Virus record (IMG/VR): IMGVR_UViG_2778261584_000002
Location: 203-64,202 of that record
DNA length: 64,000 bases
Reading direction: 5' to 3' (one strand)
Source of the DNA: a virus
The stretch's first letter is position 1. Each line of letters starts with the position of its first letter. This document shows, in pieces, positions 9,973 through 19,020 of the stretch. A program made the position numbers and the translations under genes. The notes under the pieces are model-generated. The model saw nothing but the letters and a program-made list of their open reading frames with translations. It had not been told where the DNA came from and made no database searches.

Positions 9973-10760
9973 AAAAAACACCTAAGTTTCAAATCAATGA
10001 TTTAATTTTGAAAAAGAAATCTAATCATATTTTTCAGATCGTTAAGGTTTTCAATATAGGAAAAAGAACGAGTAAGTATCGGTTACTGAACCTTTCTACA
10101 TCTTCTGAAACAGCTCATCTTGAATCACAGATCGAACGTAAAGCGACAAATAAAGAGGCAGAAGCTAATAAGCGTTTGCCTGAAGAAAAAATCCAGCCTA
10201 TTGAGAAGATAGTTCTATCAAGTATTGGCCCATACAAAGATCATTGGGCAATTGTCTATATTGAACCTAATTCTACCTATAGCCTTGGCGGTGGACGAAT
10301 TACATTAGTTTGTGATGATTTCGCTGGAAGTAGTTTTTTTAGTCATGTAGGTCAAGCCTCATTTAAAAAGTTCATTGCGCAATGTGATGAATATTATTTG
10401 ATAAAAAAACTTTTCCCTAAATTGATGGATACCGTTCCTGTTCAAAGTGGTGAGGAATTTTTTGAATGGTTTGCAACCAGCTATCTTGATGTTCTTAAAG
10501 ATGCACGTAAGTCTGGTGAAATTACTAAAAAGAAATTGCGTTCCGCTTATAAAGATATTTCAGATAAGCAGTTTAATGGAGCTTCACACCTCTATGATTT
10601 GCTTGATAGCGATTCATTAGAGTTATTAAGTAATTTACTTGGGGATGATTGGTGGTGGGATAAAAATCCTAGCTTGCCCAATAGCCACTATGTATTTCTA
10701 TTAGACATTCTGAAAGATGTCATTGCCGAATTTAAGAAATTAGATGAGGTGATGGTATGA
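9969..10760 (+). CDS. Hypothetical phage protein
   Basis: ATGA-coupled ORF. Confidence 0.7.
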   Translation: MKKTPKFQINDLILKKKSNHIFQIVKVFNIGKRTSKYRLLNLSTSSETAHLESQIERKATNKEAEANKRLPEEKIQPIEKIVLSSIGPYKDHWAIVYIEPNSTYSLGGGRITLVCDDFAGSSFFSHVGQASFKKFIAQCDEYYLIKKLFPKLMDTVPVQSGEEFFEWFATSYLDVLKDARKSGEITKKKLRSAYKDISDKQFNGASHLYDLLDSDSLELLSNLLGDDWWWDKNPSLPNSHYVFLLDILKDVIAEFKKLDEVMV

Positions 10761-11311
10761 GCCAATTTACATTTGATGAATGGTTGCAACTAGTTGCTGA
10801 CCTTAAAACTTCTCAAACTGAATTAAATGCTGGTACTGCAAGTCCAATTTTCCATGTTCAGGAAGAAAAAAAGGTTTATGGATTTAATTCAGAATATTCA
10901 GATAAGAGTTGCTGGGTAGATGGAGAAGAGGGTACAGAGTTCGATACTGCACTTGATTACTTTAATGAACTAGATGCAGAAGATAAACATGAACTCAATG
11001 CTTTAGCAATTGATGTTCATAGTGAGCTCTTTACTGATCTTGATGCATGTGATCAAAGCGATGTTTTAAAAAACTTCTCAAAAGATAATGACCTACATCT
11101 TTATAAAACAAATTTTAAAGTTGAATGGTTTGATGTTGGTGTTTTCTTAACGTACCAAGAAGCTGATTGGTTTATTAAGCGTAAACAACATGATTATGGA
11201 AAATTAAGGATATACGTCAAATCCCTATATTGGGCACCCCAACACAAACGTTTGATCCAAGCCATCTTGAATGGAGAGGTTAAGTACGTAGTTAAAGGCC
11301 ATAGCGTATGA
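10757..11311 (+). CDS. Hypothetical phage protein (TASPIF.V..FLT..EA..FI.R..H motif)
   Basis: ATGA-coupled ORF with a common phage accessory motif. Confidence 0.7.
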   Translation: MSQFTFDEWLQLVADLKTSQTELNAGTASPIFHVQEEKKVYGFNSEYSDKSCWVDGEEGTEFDTALDYFNELDAEDKHELNALAIDVHSELFTDLDACDQSDVLKNFSKDNDLHLYKTNFKVEWFDVGVFLTYQEADWFIKRKQHDYGKLRIYVKSLYWAPQHKRLIQAILNGEVKYVVKGHSV

Positions 11312-12462
11312 CACAACCATTCAATTTATATCAAGGTGATTGTTTACAGGTTTTGAAAGACCTTTCTGATAACTCAATAGACAGCATTGTCACTGATCCG
11401 CCCTATGGACTGAAATTCATGGGTAAAAAATGGGATTGTGAAGTACCAAGCATTGAAATTTGGCAAGAATGTATTCGCGTTCTTAAACCAGGTGGGCACT
11501 TACTAGCATTTGCTGGTACTCGTACACAGCATCGAATGGCTTGCAATATTGAAGATGCAGGTTTTGAGATTAGGGACATGATTGCTTGGATCTATGGTTC
11601 AGGCTTTCCAAAATCTCATAACCTCGATGGAGAATGGCAAGGTTGGGGTACCGCATTAAAACCAGCGCTTGAACCGATTACTTTCGCACGTAAGCCTTTA
11701 ATTGGTACGGTTGCTCAAAATGTACAACTACATGGAACGGGTGCAATAAATATTGATGAATGTCGTATTTCATTAAATGGCGGATATAAATCTAAGGCAA
11801 ATGGACGCCCATCTTTGACTGGACAATCTGACAATTACATTCCTGTATGTGCAAATCAGCCAGATACGGTAGGACGTTGGCCTACAAATCTGATTCACGA
11901 TGGTAGTGATGAGGTTATGGATAATTTTCCCATTACCGCCAGTGGAAGTAACAACAAAATAAAAGCTTCAAGCAAGGACCAAAACGGTAATACCAGTAAT
12001 TCATTTGGTAAAGAAAGCCGTCCTTATGGCACTGAAACTGTTTCATATGGTGATAGAGGTTCAGCAGCAAGATTTTTCTATTGCGCTAAAGCAAATCGTA
12101 CAGATCGAAATGAAGGTACCGAAAGCTCAAATAAGCCAATGCTGCAGATGAATTCAACAATGCGAGATTGTGAAAATGTTGATTGGTCTAAGCGAAATGG
12201 GAATTTTCATCCAACTGTAAAACCTACGGAATTAATGCGCTATTTGTGCAGATTAGTTACGCCTAAAGGTGGTGTAGTGCTTGATCCGTTTATGGGGTCG
12301 GGTAGTACAGGCAAAGCAGCAATATTAGAAGGTTTTGGCTTTGTAGGTATTGAGCGCGAAGCAGAGTATTTCGCAATTGCTAATGCTAGATGTCAGTTTG
12401 TCAAAGAAGGCATTAGTTCAAAAATGCCAGATCAGCAAGATTTATTTATGGAGGCGCTCTAA
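11308..12462 (+). CDS. DNA N4/N6 methyltransferase (beta class), orphan
   Basis: VTDPPYG catalytic motif, HPTVKP, LDPFMGSGSTG SAM-binding motif. Confidence 0.93.
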   Translation: MTQPFNLYQGDCLQVLKDLSDNSIDSIVTDPPYGLKFMGKKWDCEVPSIEIWQECIRVLKPGGHLLAFAGTRTQHRMACNIEDAGFEIRDMIAWIYGSGFPKSHNLDGEWQGWGTALKPALEPITFARKPLIGTVAQNVQLHGTGAINIDECRISLNGGYKSKANGRPSLTGQSDNYIPVCANQPDTVGRWPTNLIHDGSDEVMDNFPITASGSNNKIKASSKDQNGNTSNSFGKESRPYGTETVSYGDRGSAARFFYCAKANRTDRNEGTESSNKPMLQMNSTMRDCENVDWSKRNGNFHPTVKPTELMRYLCRLVTPKGGVVLDPFMGSGSTGKAAILEGFGFVGIEREAEYFAIANARCQFVKEGISSKMPDQQDLFMEAL

Positions 12463-13439
12463 TGCATTACTACGAAAAGAAAATTGGTGATTACCATCGT
12501 AAAGCAGGACGCCTTAATATTTTACAGCATGGTGTTTATAACTTGCTTATGGATGCTTGTTATGACCGCGAAGCATTTCCAACTGAAGCACAAGCGATTG
12601 ATTGGGTCTGGGCTGAAACTGATGAAGAAATTGCAGCAGTTAAGTTTGTTTTGAAAAAATTCTTTGTTATGAATGAGGAAGGCATCTACATTCAGAATCA
12701 TATACAAGAAGATTTGATTGCATATAAAACTTATATCGCTAAACAGGCAGAGAATGGTAAGCAAGGTGGCCGTCCGAAAGGGTCTAAAAACAAGGCGAAA
12801 ACAGGTAATGATTCTGGTGAATCTCAACAGGGAGAACAACTAACTGGACAAACCCAAGAAAACCCAACGGAAAGCGAAATAAACCCACCGCTTAACCAAG
12901 AAAACCCAACGGAAAGCCAAAAAAAGCCTAAACCAATAACCATTAACCAAGAACCACTAACCAATAACCAAGATAGTAATGGTAATAACGCGAGCGATGG
13001 AAAAGTTGGTTTTTTCCCGATTCAGTTTGCAACCTATCAAGCACATGACAAAGAATTTTATTCGTTACTTGAGCTTGCAAGCGAGCATTCACAATTTCAA
13101 ATGGACTTTATTGATCTAGCGGTACCAAGACATGAATCAATTTCATCAACTGATTTTCAAACCTTGCTACAAGATTATTGTGATTTCTTTGCAGCGAAAA
13201 ACGATAAAAACACGCCAAGCATTTGGTTTGTGAAATGGCTTAGTTGGATTCAAAACAATATTCAAGACGTGATTAAACGTCGGGAAAAGCAAACCAAAGC
13301 GAATCAACCTGTAAATACTAATCAACCAGCTAAGGGCTATTTTGAGCGCATTCTTGATGAAGAACAAAGCGCAAACACCATTGTGGACGTAACGCCTTCA
13401 AAAAAGCTGATAGCTAGTGGGGAGTACGGACATGCATAA
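12462..13439 (+). CDS. Replication initiator, YdaU/DUF1376 (lambda O analogue)
   Basis: MHYY..IGDY, HGVY.LL.D.CY, NGK.GGRP motifs; internal repeats. Confidence 0.85.
   Translation: MHYYEKKIGDYHRKAGRLNILQHGVYNLLMDACYDREAFPTEAQAIDWVWAETDEEIAAVKFVLKKFFVMNEEGIYIQNHIQEDLIAYKTYIAKQAENGKQGGRPKGSKNKAKTGNDSGESQQGEQLTGQTQENPTESEINPPLNQENPTESQKKPKPITINQEPLTNNQDSNGNNASDGKVGFFPIQFATYQAHDKEFYSLLELASEHSQFQMDFIDLAVPRHESISSTDFQTLLQDYCDFFAAKNDKNTPSIWFVKWLSWIQNNIQDVIKRREKQTKANQPVNTNQPAKGYFERILDEEQSANTIVDVTPSKKLIASGEYGHA
12854..12972 (+). repeat. Iterons, probable phage replication origin
   Basis: CCAAGAAAACCCAACGGAAAGC at 12854 and 12896; six tandem AACCAnn heptamers at 12931-12972. Confidence 0.75.
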
Positions 13440-14181
13440 AATTACGATTCAGGATATCCGCATCCTAATTTCAGATTTACGTGTAATTCACGCTGCGCAA
13501 TTCAACAAGAATTTTCCAACAACGGGTGATAATGCCGTACCGATGGAGTTTGTTGAATCAAAAGCGATGGAATGCCTGTGTGATGTCAATGTAGATCAGT
13601 TTGAACGCGCACGGACCAGATTACTTAAATCGGGTGGAAAGTTTATGCCGTCTTTCTCTGATTTCCGTGATTGGTGCATTGGTGAGACGTGGATGTCAGC
13701 AGATGAAGCATGGGCGCGTGCATGTCGTTTTACAGCTGACAAAAGTGTGCAAATCACGCAAATAACAAAAGTTGCCCTCGATGAAGTTATTCAATTGATC
13801 TATGAAGGTCATATGAGAACAGCACGAGAACAGTTTTCCAATACATATAACGCCTTTGTTGCCAAAGCTCAGCAAGTTGGACGTACCCAAGAAATGTATG
13901 TACCGCCAAAGCAATTGGAACACAAGAAAAAAAGCCATGTACCAGTATCTAATGATGAAGCTGTACAGCGCCTTAACGCATTGAAGCAGAAGCTAAATAT
14001 TAATAATCGCTCAATTCAACAACCGCAAAAACTTGAACCAAAACAAAACTTGGCAAGTCCAGCAGTTCAAGAGCCGTGGCCTGATCCATTCGATCAACCA
14101 GACGAATATTTAGAAGCATGTGAGCGTGATGGTCTGAATGTCCCTAAAACCGTTATTAAGCATATTGGTGGTACAGCATGA
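13432..14181 (+). CDS. Replication protein P-like (helicase loader/inhibitor)
   Basis: Follows the initiator; FMPSFSDFRDWC and SADEAW motifs. Confidence 0.65.
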   Translation: MHKITIQDIRILISDLRVIHAAQFNKNFPTTGDNAVPMEFVESKAMECLCDVNVDQFERARTRLLKSGGKFMPSFSDFRDWCIGETWMSADEAWARACRFTADKSVQITQITKVALDEVIQLIYEGHMRTAREQFSNTYNAFVAKAQQVGRTQEMYVPPKQLEHKKKSHVPVSNDEAVQRLNALKQKLNINNRSIQQPQKLEPKQNLASPAVQEPWPDPFDQPDEYLEACERDGLNVPKTVIKHIGGTA

Positions 14182-14660
14182 ATCAGACAATAGCTCAAGC
14201 AAAAGAGCCAACAGAAGCGAAAACAACGCAATTTAAAAAGGGTACAAGAGTACACGTAGATTTCATTAGTGATTCGCGCACTGAGTTTTCAGGAAAACAT
14301 ATCAAAGGTTATGCAATTGTAGATCGCCATGAAGATGGTTATGTCTACGGTCAATTGGAACAAGGCACCCCGTTTATGTGCCCTGAAAACTTTGTTCAAC
14401 TCACTTCACTGGAACTAATTAAGCAAATTCGTGAAGAATTCGAAACATGGTTAAAACAGCAAAACCAATATTCAGTATTGATTAATCAATATGGTGTGGA
14501 TGTTTTTACTTACGATTCAATCGACGGCTATCAAAAATTAGCTGTAGCATTGGCATTTGAACTCTGGAAAGAACTTCGCTTAAGCCGTGCTGAAACTAAG
14601 GCTTTACTTCATAAACTCAATACGTTGAACACTGCTTCAAAGGGTGATCATCATGGGTAA
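14178..14660 (+). CDS. Hypothetical phage protein
   Basis: ATGA-coupled ORF. Confidence 0.65.
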   Translation: MNQTIAQAKEPTEAKTTQFKKGTRVHVDFISDSRTEFSGKHIKGYAIVDRHEDGYVYGQLEQGTPFMCPENFVQLTSLELIKQIREEFETWLKQQNQYSVLINQYGVDVFTYDSIDGYQKLAVALAFELWKELRLSRAETKALLHKLNTLNTASKGDHHG

Positions 14661-15339
14661 AAGTCGTAATTTATGGGAACAGTGGGCGAAAAACGGCAAA
14701 ACTGAATTCTTTGCTATGCATCCACTGATTGAAACCAAAACGAATCGCCAAGCACGCGCACGTCGAGCTTTAGATAAAAAAGTTATTTTGCCATGTGCTG
14801 TAACTAGTGAAACTGTAAACGGTGATCAACTGCATCAAGGCAGTACAGGCGGATTAGTCATTACAGGTAAAGGCTTTATCACTGTAAAACTACCTTATGG
14901 CATTAGTGCCAATGATATTTGGCGTGCCACGATTGATGAGAGCACAGGTAAACAACGTAATAGTTTATCGGTTGGTGCTAAGAAATTTAAACGTCGAGTT
15001 TTTGAAATTTATGCACCAATTTTTAAAGCGCTTAAATGGAAAGCAACTTCACAACAATGTGAAATTCGATTGCTTGTTCAGCCACCACGAAAAACTCGTA
15101 GTTATAGTGCATCAACATATCCGCGCTTTGATATTGATAACTATCCAAAACTGCTAATCGACTCTTTGAAAGGTACAGAGCTACTTTTTAAAGATGACAA
15201 CATTTTTGTGAAAGAAAAAATTGAATTTGCAGAACCTACTGAAGATGGTTGTGTATGGCTTTCATGTGTATTTATCAACGAAACAAATTGGCTAGATAAG
15301 AAAGTGAACTTCGACTGGCTTGCTGGGAGAGTTGCATAA
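14653..15339 (+). CDS. rusA: RusA-family Holliday junction resolvase
   Basis: LP..ISANDIWR, RFDIDNYPKLLIDSL and FKDD catalytic motifs. Confidence 0.85.
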   Translation: MGKSRNLWEQWAKNGKTEFFAMHPLIETKTNRQARARRALDKKVILPCAVTSETVNGDQLHQGSTGGLVITGKGFITVKLPYGISANDIWRATIDESTGKQRNSLSVGAKKFKRRVFEIYAPIFKALKWKATSQQCEIRLLVQPPRKTRSYSASTYPRFDIDNYPKLLIDSLKGTELLFKDDNIFVKEKIEFAEPTEDGCVWLSCVFINETNWLDKKVNFDWLAGRVA

Positions 15340-16043
15340 TGGCTAAAAGAACTGATTTAGAAAAAAGAGTCATGATCGGTCGTAAACTTGCCCTTGCAAG
15401 AGAACGCCGTGGGATGCTTCAACACGAAGTTGCTATTGAATTGTTTGGTGTTGAGCAAAAGAACCGTATTAGTGAAATGGAGAACGGTAAGACATTGCCT
15501 GACGCTGAGCTACTGCAAGTCATGTGTAGCATGTATCGGGTCTCTGTCGATTGGGTATTAGGTTTTACGATTAATCCTGAACTTAATGAAACTGAATCTG
15601 TCGCAGGGGTGTTGTTCAATAGTGTTGGCGATATTCTTGCTGACAATCTAAACGCGATTACAGCACAGATTTCTTTGTTATGTGCGAGACATATCAGCTC
15701 ATTTCCAAAGGCGCTACAGGTACAGCTATTAGAGCAATCAAAAACTGTCGCAAAACAATTTTTGCAACTAGATCGCGTTCAACAAGAGAAATTACAACCT
15801 GTAATGATGGATTTAATCCAAACAATTCAAGAATGTGAAAAAGAGCGCGCAGTTCAATTCAATCATATTGCCAAAGGTTTGGAAGATATTTCAGATCGTG
15901 ATGAGGATCAACTTCAAGAGAAAATACTTCAAGACTTAAAGAGCCAACGTAAAACACGGTTCACTCAAACAACGCTAAAAGACAAAAAGGATGATGATGA
16001 CGATCAGCAACTTGATTTTTTATCTGGTACTGGATTGGTTTAA
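15339..16043 (+). CDS. XRE-type HTH regulator (candidate late-gene regulator)
   Basis: ARERRGMLQHEVA...ISEMENGKTLPD...VSVDWVLG. Confidence 0.75.
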   Translation: MAKRTDLEKRVMIGRKLALARERRGMLQHEVAIELFGVEQKNRISEMENGKTLPDAELLQVMCSMYRVSVDWVLGFTINPELNETESVAGVLFNSVGDILADNLNAITAQISLLCARHISSFPKALQVQLLEQSKTVAKQFLQLDRVQQEKLQPVMMDLIQTIQECEKERAVQFNHIAKGLEDISDRDEDQLQEKILQDLKSQRKTRFTQTTLKDKKDDDDDQQLDFLSGTGLV

Positions 16044-16045
16044 TC

Positions 16046-16909
16046 ATGGCAGTGCAATCATACTCACAAGAAATATGGGATCGACTCAAATTAGTTTATG
16101 AGTCATCCCCTAAGATCACCTGGCAAAAACTGGTTGATCAAGTCGGTGAGGAGTTAGGCTGTGAAATGCCTTCTCCTTCAGTTGTGCGCCGTAAAGCAAT
16201 CGCTGAAAAATGGAAAAAGTGCACGAAAAACCTAGTCAAAAAGACTGCCCGTGAACTCAATAACGAAATTAAAAAATTGACTAGTAAAAAGACTAGTCAA
16301 GAAAGCACCCAAGATAATGAAAATGAAGGAGTAAATACTAGTCAAAAATCTGTCAAAAAGCCGTCAAATATTGCTGAGATTTGGGGTCAAAAATCAGATG
16401 CAAATAAGGGTTTTAGTACAGCTGATCTTAATCGACTGACTTCAGCACAGATTATTCAACAGAATCGGCTTCGACTGGCTGATTTGGGCCAATTAGCTGG
16501 TGACACAATTACCAGTGTTATTCATATCAGAGATGAAGTTTTACAGCTCGATGTAGGAAATTTAGATCCAGAAGATGAAGCAGCTATCAAAGTTATTAAT
16601 GGCTTGAAGTTCAAAATGGGTTTGATCAGTCAAATCGTTGAACTGAATGTAAAGCAAAGTATCACTCTAGCTAATATCGCAAAATCCGAAGCCTTGTTTT
16701 GGGGCTTTGAAATTGAAGAACTCAAAGATCAGTCTGAAATTCAGTCGAAACGCTCTGCGGTTGTTGCTGGTGCTGAAGAAAGAATGAGACTTGCCAAAGA
16801 GAAAATGGCCACTGATAAAAAAGCAGCCTTTGCACGTAAGTTAGCAATGATTGAGGCAGGTGATCCAGAACCTGACCAACAAGAACAAGAGGAAATAGCA
16901 AATGGGTAA
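16046..16909 (+). CDS. Probable terminase small subunit (PacA-like)
   Basis: W..LK..YE...SVVRRKAIAEKW resembles TerS HTH; internal DNA repeats. Confidence 0.5.
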   Translation: MAVQSYSQEIWDRLKLVYESSPKITWQKLVDQVGEELGCEMPSPSVVRRKAIAEKWKKCTKNLVKKTARELNNEIKKLTSKKTSQESTQDNENEGVNTSQKSVKKPSNIAEIWGQKSDANKGFSTADLNRLTSAQIIQQNRLRLADLGQLAGDTITSVIHIRDEVLQLDVGNLDPEDEAAIKVINGLKFKMGLISQIVELNVKQSITLANIAKSEALFWGFEIEELKDQSEIQSKRSAVVAGAEERMRLAKEKMATDKKAAFARKLAMIEAGDPEPDQQEQEEIANG

Positions 16910-17195
16910 TTTTAAAATTGGTGAGACAGTAGCTTTACACATACTTCAAGATATTAATCTTAAAATTTATGTATTTCCGATAGATTTTACAAGGGAATAT
17001 ATCAAAGAAAATTATAAAAAAAATTCTATCTACAAGAGATCCAAAATTAAAAAAGTTAAAAGATTGTGGAGCTGTTTTTTCAAACGTATGTATTTACTTG
17101 ATGATGGTCATTGGTACAGCGAAAAGCAATTAACACCAATCGTTAGAGTTAAGGCGAGTTTGAAAATTGAAGTACAACAAGAGGCAATTGCATGA
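16902..17195 (+). CDS. Hypothetical basic protein
   Basis: Coupled ORF. Confidence 0.6.
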   Translation: MGNFKIGETVALHILQDINLKIYVFPIDFTREYIKENYKKNSIYKRSKIKKVKRLWSCFFKRMYLLDDGHWYSEKQLTPIVRVKASLKIEVQQEAIA

Positions 17196-17869
17196 TCAAA
17201 ACAAATTTAACTCATAGAGAATTGTGTGAAGTCGGCGCTGCGTTATTGAGAAAACCTGAATCTGCTAATGGACACGGTTGCCATTTTTCAATCGTAGAGC
17301 CTTCTTGCTATGGAGAGAATCCCGATGTTTTCGGCATTCGCCACGGCAATGGATATGATGTCGGTACTATTCTTTTAGAAGCAAAAACTAGCCGTTCTGA
17401 TTTCTTGGCTGATAAGAAAAAACCACATCGTATTGATCCAGCAATGGGTGTTGGTAAATGGCGCTATTTCATTTGCCCGACAGACCTAATTCAACCTGAA
17501 GAATTACCAGAGCGATGGGGGTTGATCTACGTTTCGAATGGAAAGCGGTGCAAATACATTAAAGGCGCAATGGCTGTACCTAAAGAGAAGTATGACAATG
17601 AATGGAATCAAAATTCCCAATATTGGCGCAATGGTAAAGCATTAGAACAAAGCTTTATCGATTTTGCTTTCAATGATCGAAATGTACAGAACGAGTTCAA
17701 TTTATTGACGATGGCATTAGCTCGATTAAGAGATCCTGAAAAGATTCTTTACATGCAACGAAATTTCACCCGGTTAGAAATGGAATGCCAAAGACAAGCG
17801 CATGAAATTCGAAAGCTACAGCAAGATGTAAATCTCAATAATTGTATTGCAACTTTGGAGAAATTTTGA
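17192..17869 (+). CDS. MmcB-like PD-(D/E)xK nuclease-fold protein
   Basis: ENPDVFG, LLEAKTSRSDFLADKKK, ELPERWGL. Confidence 0.7.
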   Translation: MIKTNLTHRELCEVGAALLRKPESANGHGCHFSIVEPSCYGENPDVFGIRHGNGYDVGTILLEAKTSRSDFLADKKKPHRIDPAMGVGKWRYFICPTDLIQPEELPERWGLIYVSNGKRCKYIKGAMAVPKEKYDNEWNQNSQYWRNGKALEQSFIDFAFNDRNVQNEFNLLTMALARLRDPEKILYMQRNFTRLEMECQRQAHEIRKLQQDVNLNNCIATLEKF

Positions 17870-17872
17870 GCA

Positions 17873-18088
17873 ATGAAAAATGGTCAAAAGTGGTATGTAA
17901 GCCATGCAGAAACAATAGTACAAAACGTGCTTGGGTTGATTATTGCGTTCATTATTTTACGTTTCTATGGGCTATCTACTCATGAAAGCGTTCAACTTCA
18001 AGCCATTTTCTTTGTCGCATCTTATGCGAGAAGTTACGCCGTAAGACGAGCATTTAATCAATTTGAAAATAAAAGGGTAAGCCAATGA
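17873..18088 (+). CDS. Small 2-TM membrane protein
   Basis: Two hydrophobic helices; RSYAVRRAF tail. Confidence 0.65.
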   Translation: MKNGQKWYVSHAETIVQNVLGLIIAFIILRFYGLSTHESVQLQAIFFVASYARSYAVRRAFNQFENKRVSQ

Positions 18089-18342
18089 ATGCAATCAACG
18101 TAGGTGATCAAGTCGTTATGACTGATGAAGATGATTACAACTCTATTTTTACAGTCGTAGGTCAACCTTTCCGCATGTATCAGCTAAAAGGTCCAGATGA
18201 TTTATTCTACGGACGATTGAGCATTCAAATAAGACATGCAACATCAGAAGAAATTACAGCAGGTCATAGAATAGACCATATCGGTGAGCCTAACGGATTG
18301 GGTACAGACTCAGACATAGTCAACCACAATACAGGGTTATAG
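18085..18342 (+). CDS. Hypothetical protein (RHAT.EEI.AGHRI domain)
   Basis: Motif shared with 18522 and 9969 ORFs. Confidence 0.6.
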   Translation: MNAINVGDQVVMTDEDDYNSIFTVVGQPFRMYQLKGPDDLFYGRLSIQIRHATSEEITAGHRIDHIGEPNGLGTDSDIVNHNTGL

Positions 18343-18352
18343 GTGATTAATC

Positions 18353-18535
18353 ATGTGTCCATTATGCGGTAGATCAAAAGGTGGTTTAGTTTGCGGTTAT
18401 TGTGGCTGGGTTCAATCATGTAATGAGTTTATTTGGTTGCCGCAGGTAGTTAATCCAAACGATATTATTGAAGCTTTAACAGGTGATATAGACCAATCAC
18501 TTTGCGATGATGAGGTTTGCCATGAATCAGTTTGA
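18353..18535 (+). CDS. Small Zn-finger protein
   Basis: CPLCG and CGYCG; AGGTG RBS. Confidence 0.5.
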   Translation: MCPLCGRSKGGLVCGYCGWVQSCNEFIWLPQVVNPNDIIEALTGDIDQSLCDDEVCHESV

Positions 18536-18962
18536 AATAGGAGAAAAAATTTTATATTTAGGTATTTATGGCAATGAGTTTAATTTAGTTGATGAGGTCA
18601 TTGGTATTGAGGACGATGAATATCTTAATAGAAAGAAATACATGATCAAAAATACTGAGTCTGGTGAAGTTATAAGTCAGTATGGTACCAATTATAGAAA
18701 AGCGACTAAAGAAGAAGTCGCCGTAGGTCATAGATTAGAATCAAACAACGGTCAAGCAATAAGAGTTTGTAATTTAAATAACAATTCTCGAAAGTCTTTC
18801 ACTATGGATAGACAAATCAAGCAATCAAAAAATGAATCTTTGTTAGAATATTTAAACAGATGTGAGGAACAGGTAAAGCGTTGGCCAAAGTGGAAAATCG
18901 AGAGCATTCGAGATGCTTTTGGTCTCAACACAATTAAAGGAAAACAAGCTGGAACCATATAA
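18522..18962 (+). CDS. Hypothetical protein
   Basis: GAGG RBS; RKATKEEVAVGHRL. Confidence 0.6.
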   Translation: MNQFEIGEKILYLGIYGNEFNLVDEVIGIEDDEYLNRKKYMIKNTESGEVISQYGTNYRKATKEEVAVGHRLESNNGQAIRVCNLNNNSRKSFTMDRQIKQSKNESLLEYLNRCEEQVKRWPKWKIESIRDAFGLNTIKGKQAGTI

Positions 18963-18990
18963 AATGTTAGAGCTAGGTATGGCGCAAAAT
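18950..18990 (+). promoter_or_regulatory. Late promoter motif 1
   Basis: TGGAAC-N29-CAAAAT plus hairpin, before the tape measure gene. Confidence 0.75.
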
Positions 18991-19020
18991 CACTCTATGT
19001 AAAAATAGGGTGATTTTTTT

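Noticed and set aside
11308..12462. Methyltransferase as part of a restriction-modification system
   Set aside because: No adjacent restriction endonuclease; orphan methyltransferases are common in this position.
12854..16393. Short repeat clusters as a CRISPR array
   Set aside because: No constant repeat with unique equal-length spacers, no cas genes; repeats lie within coding sequence.
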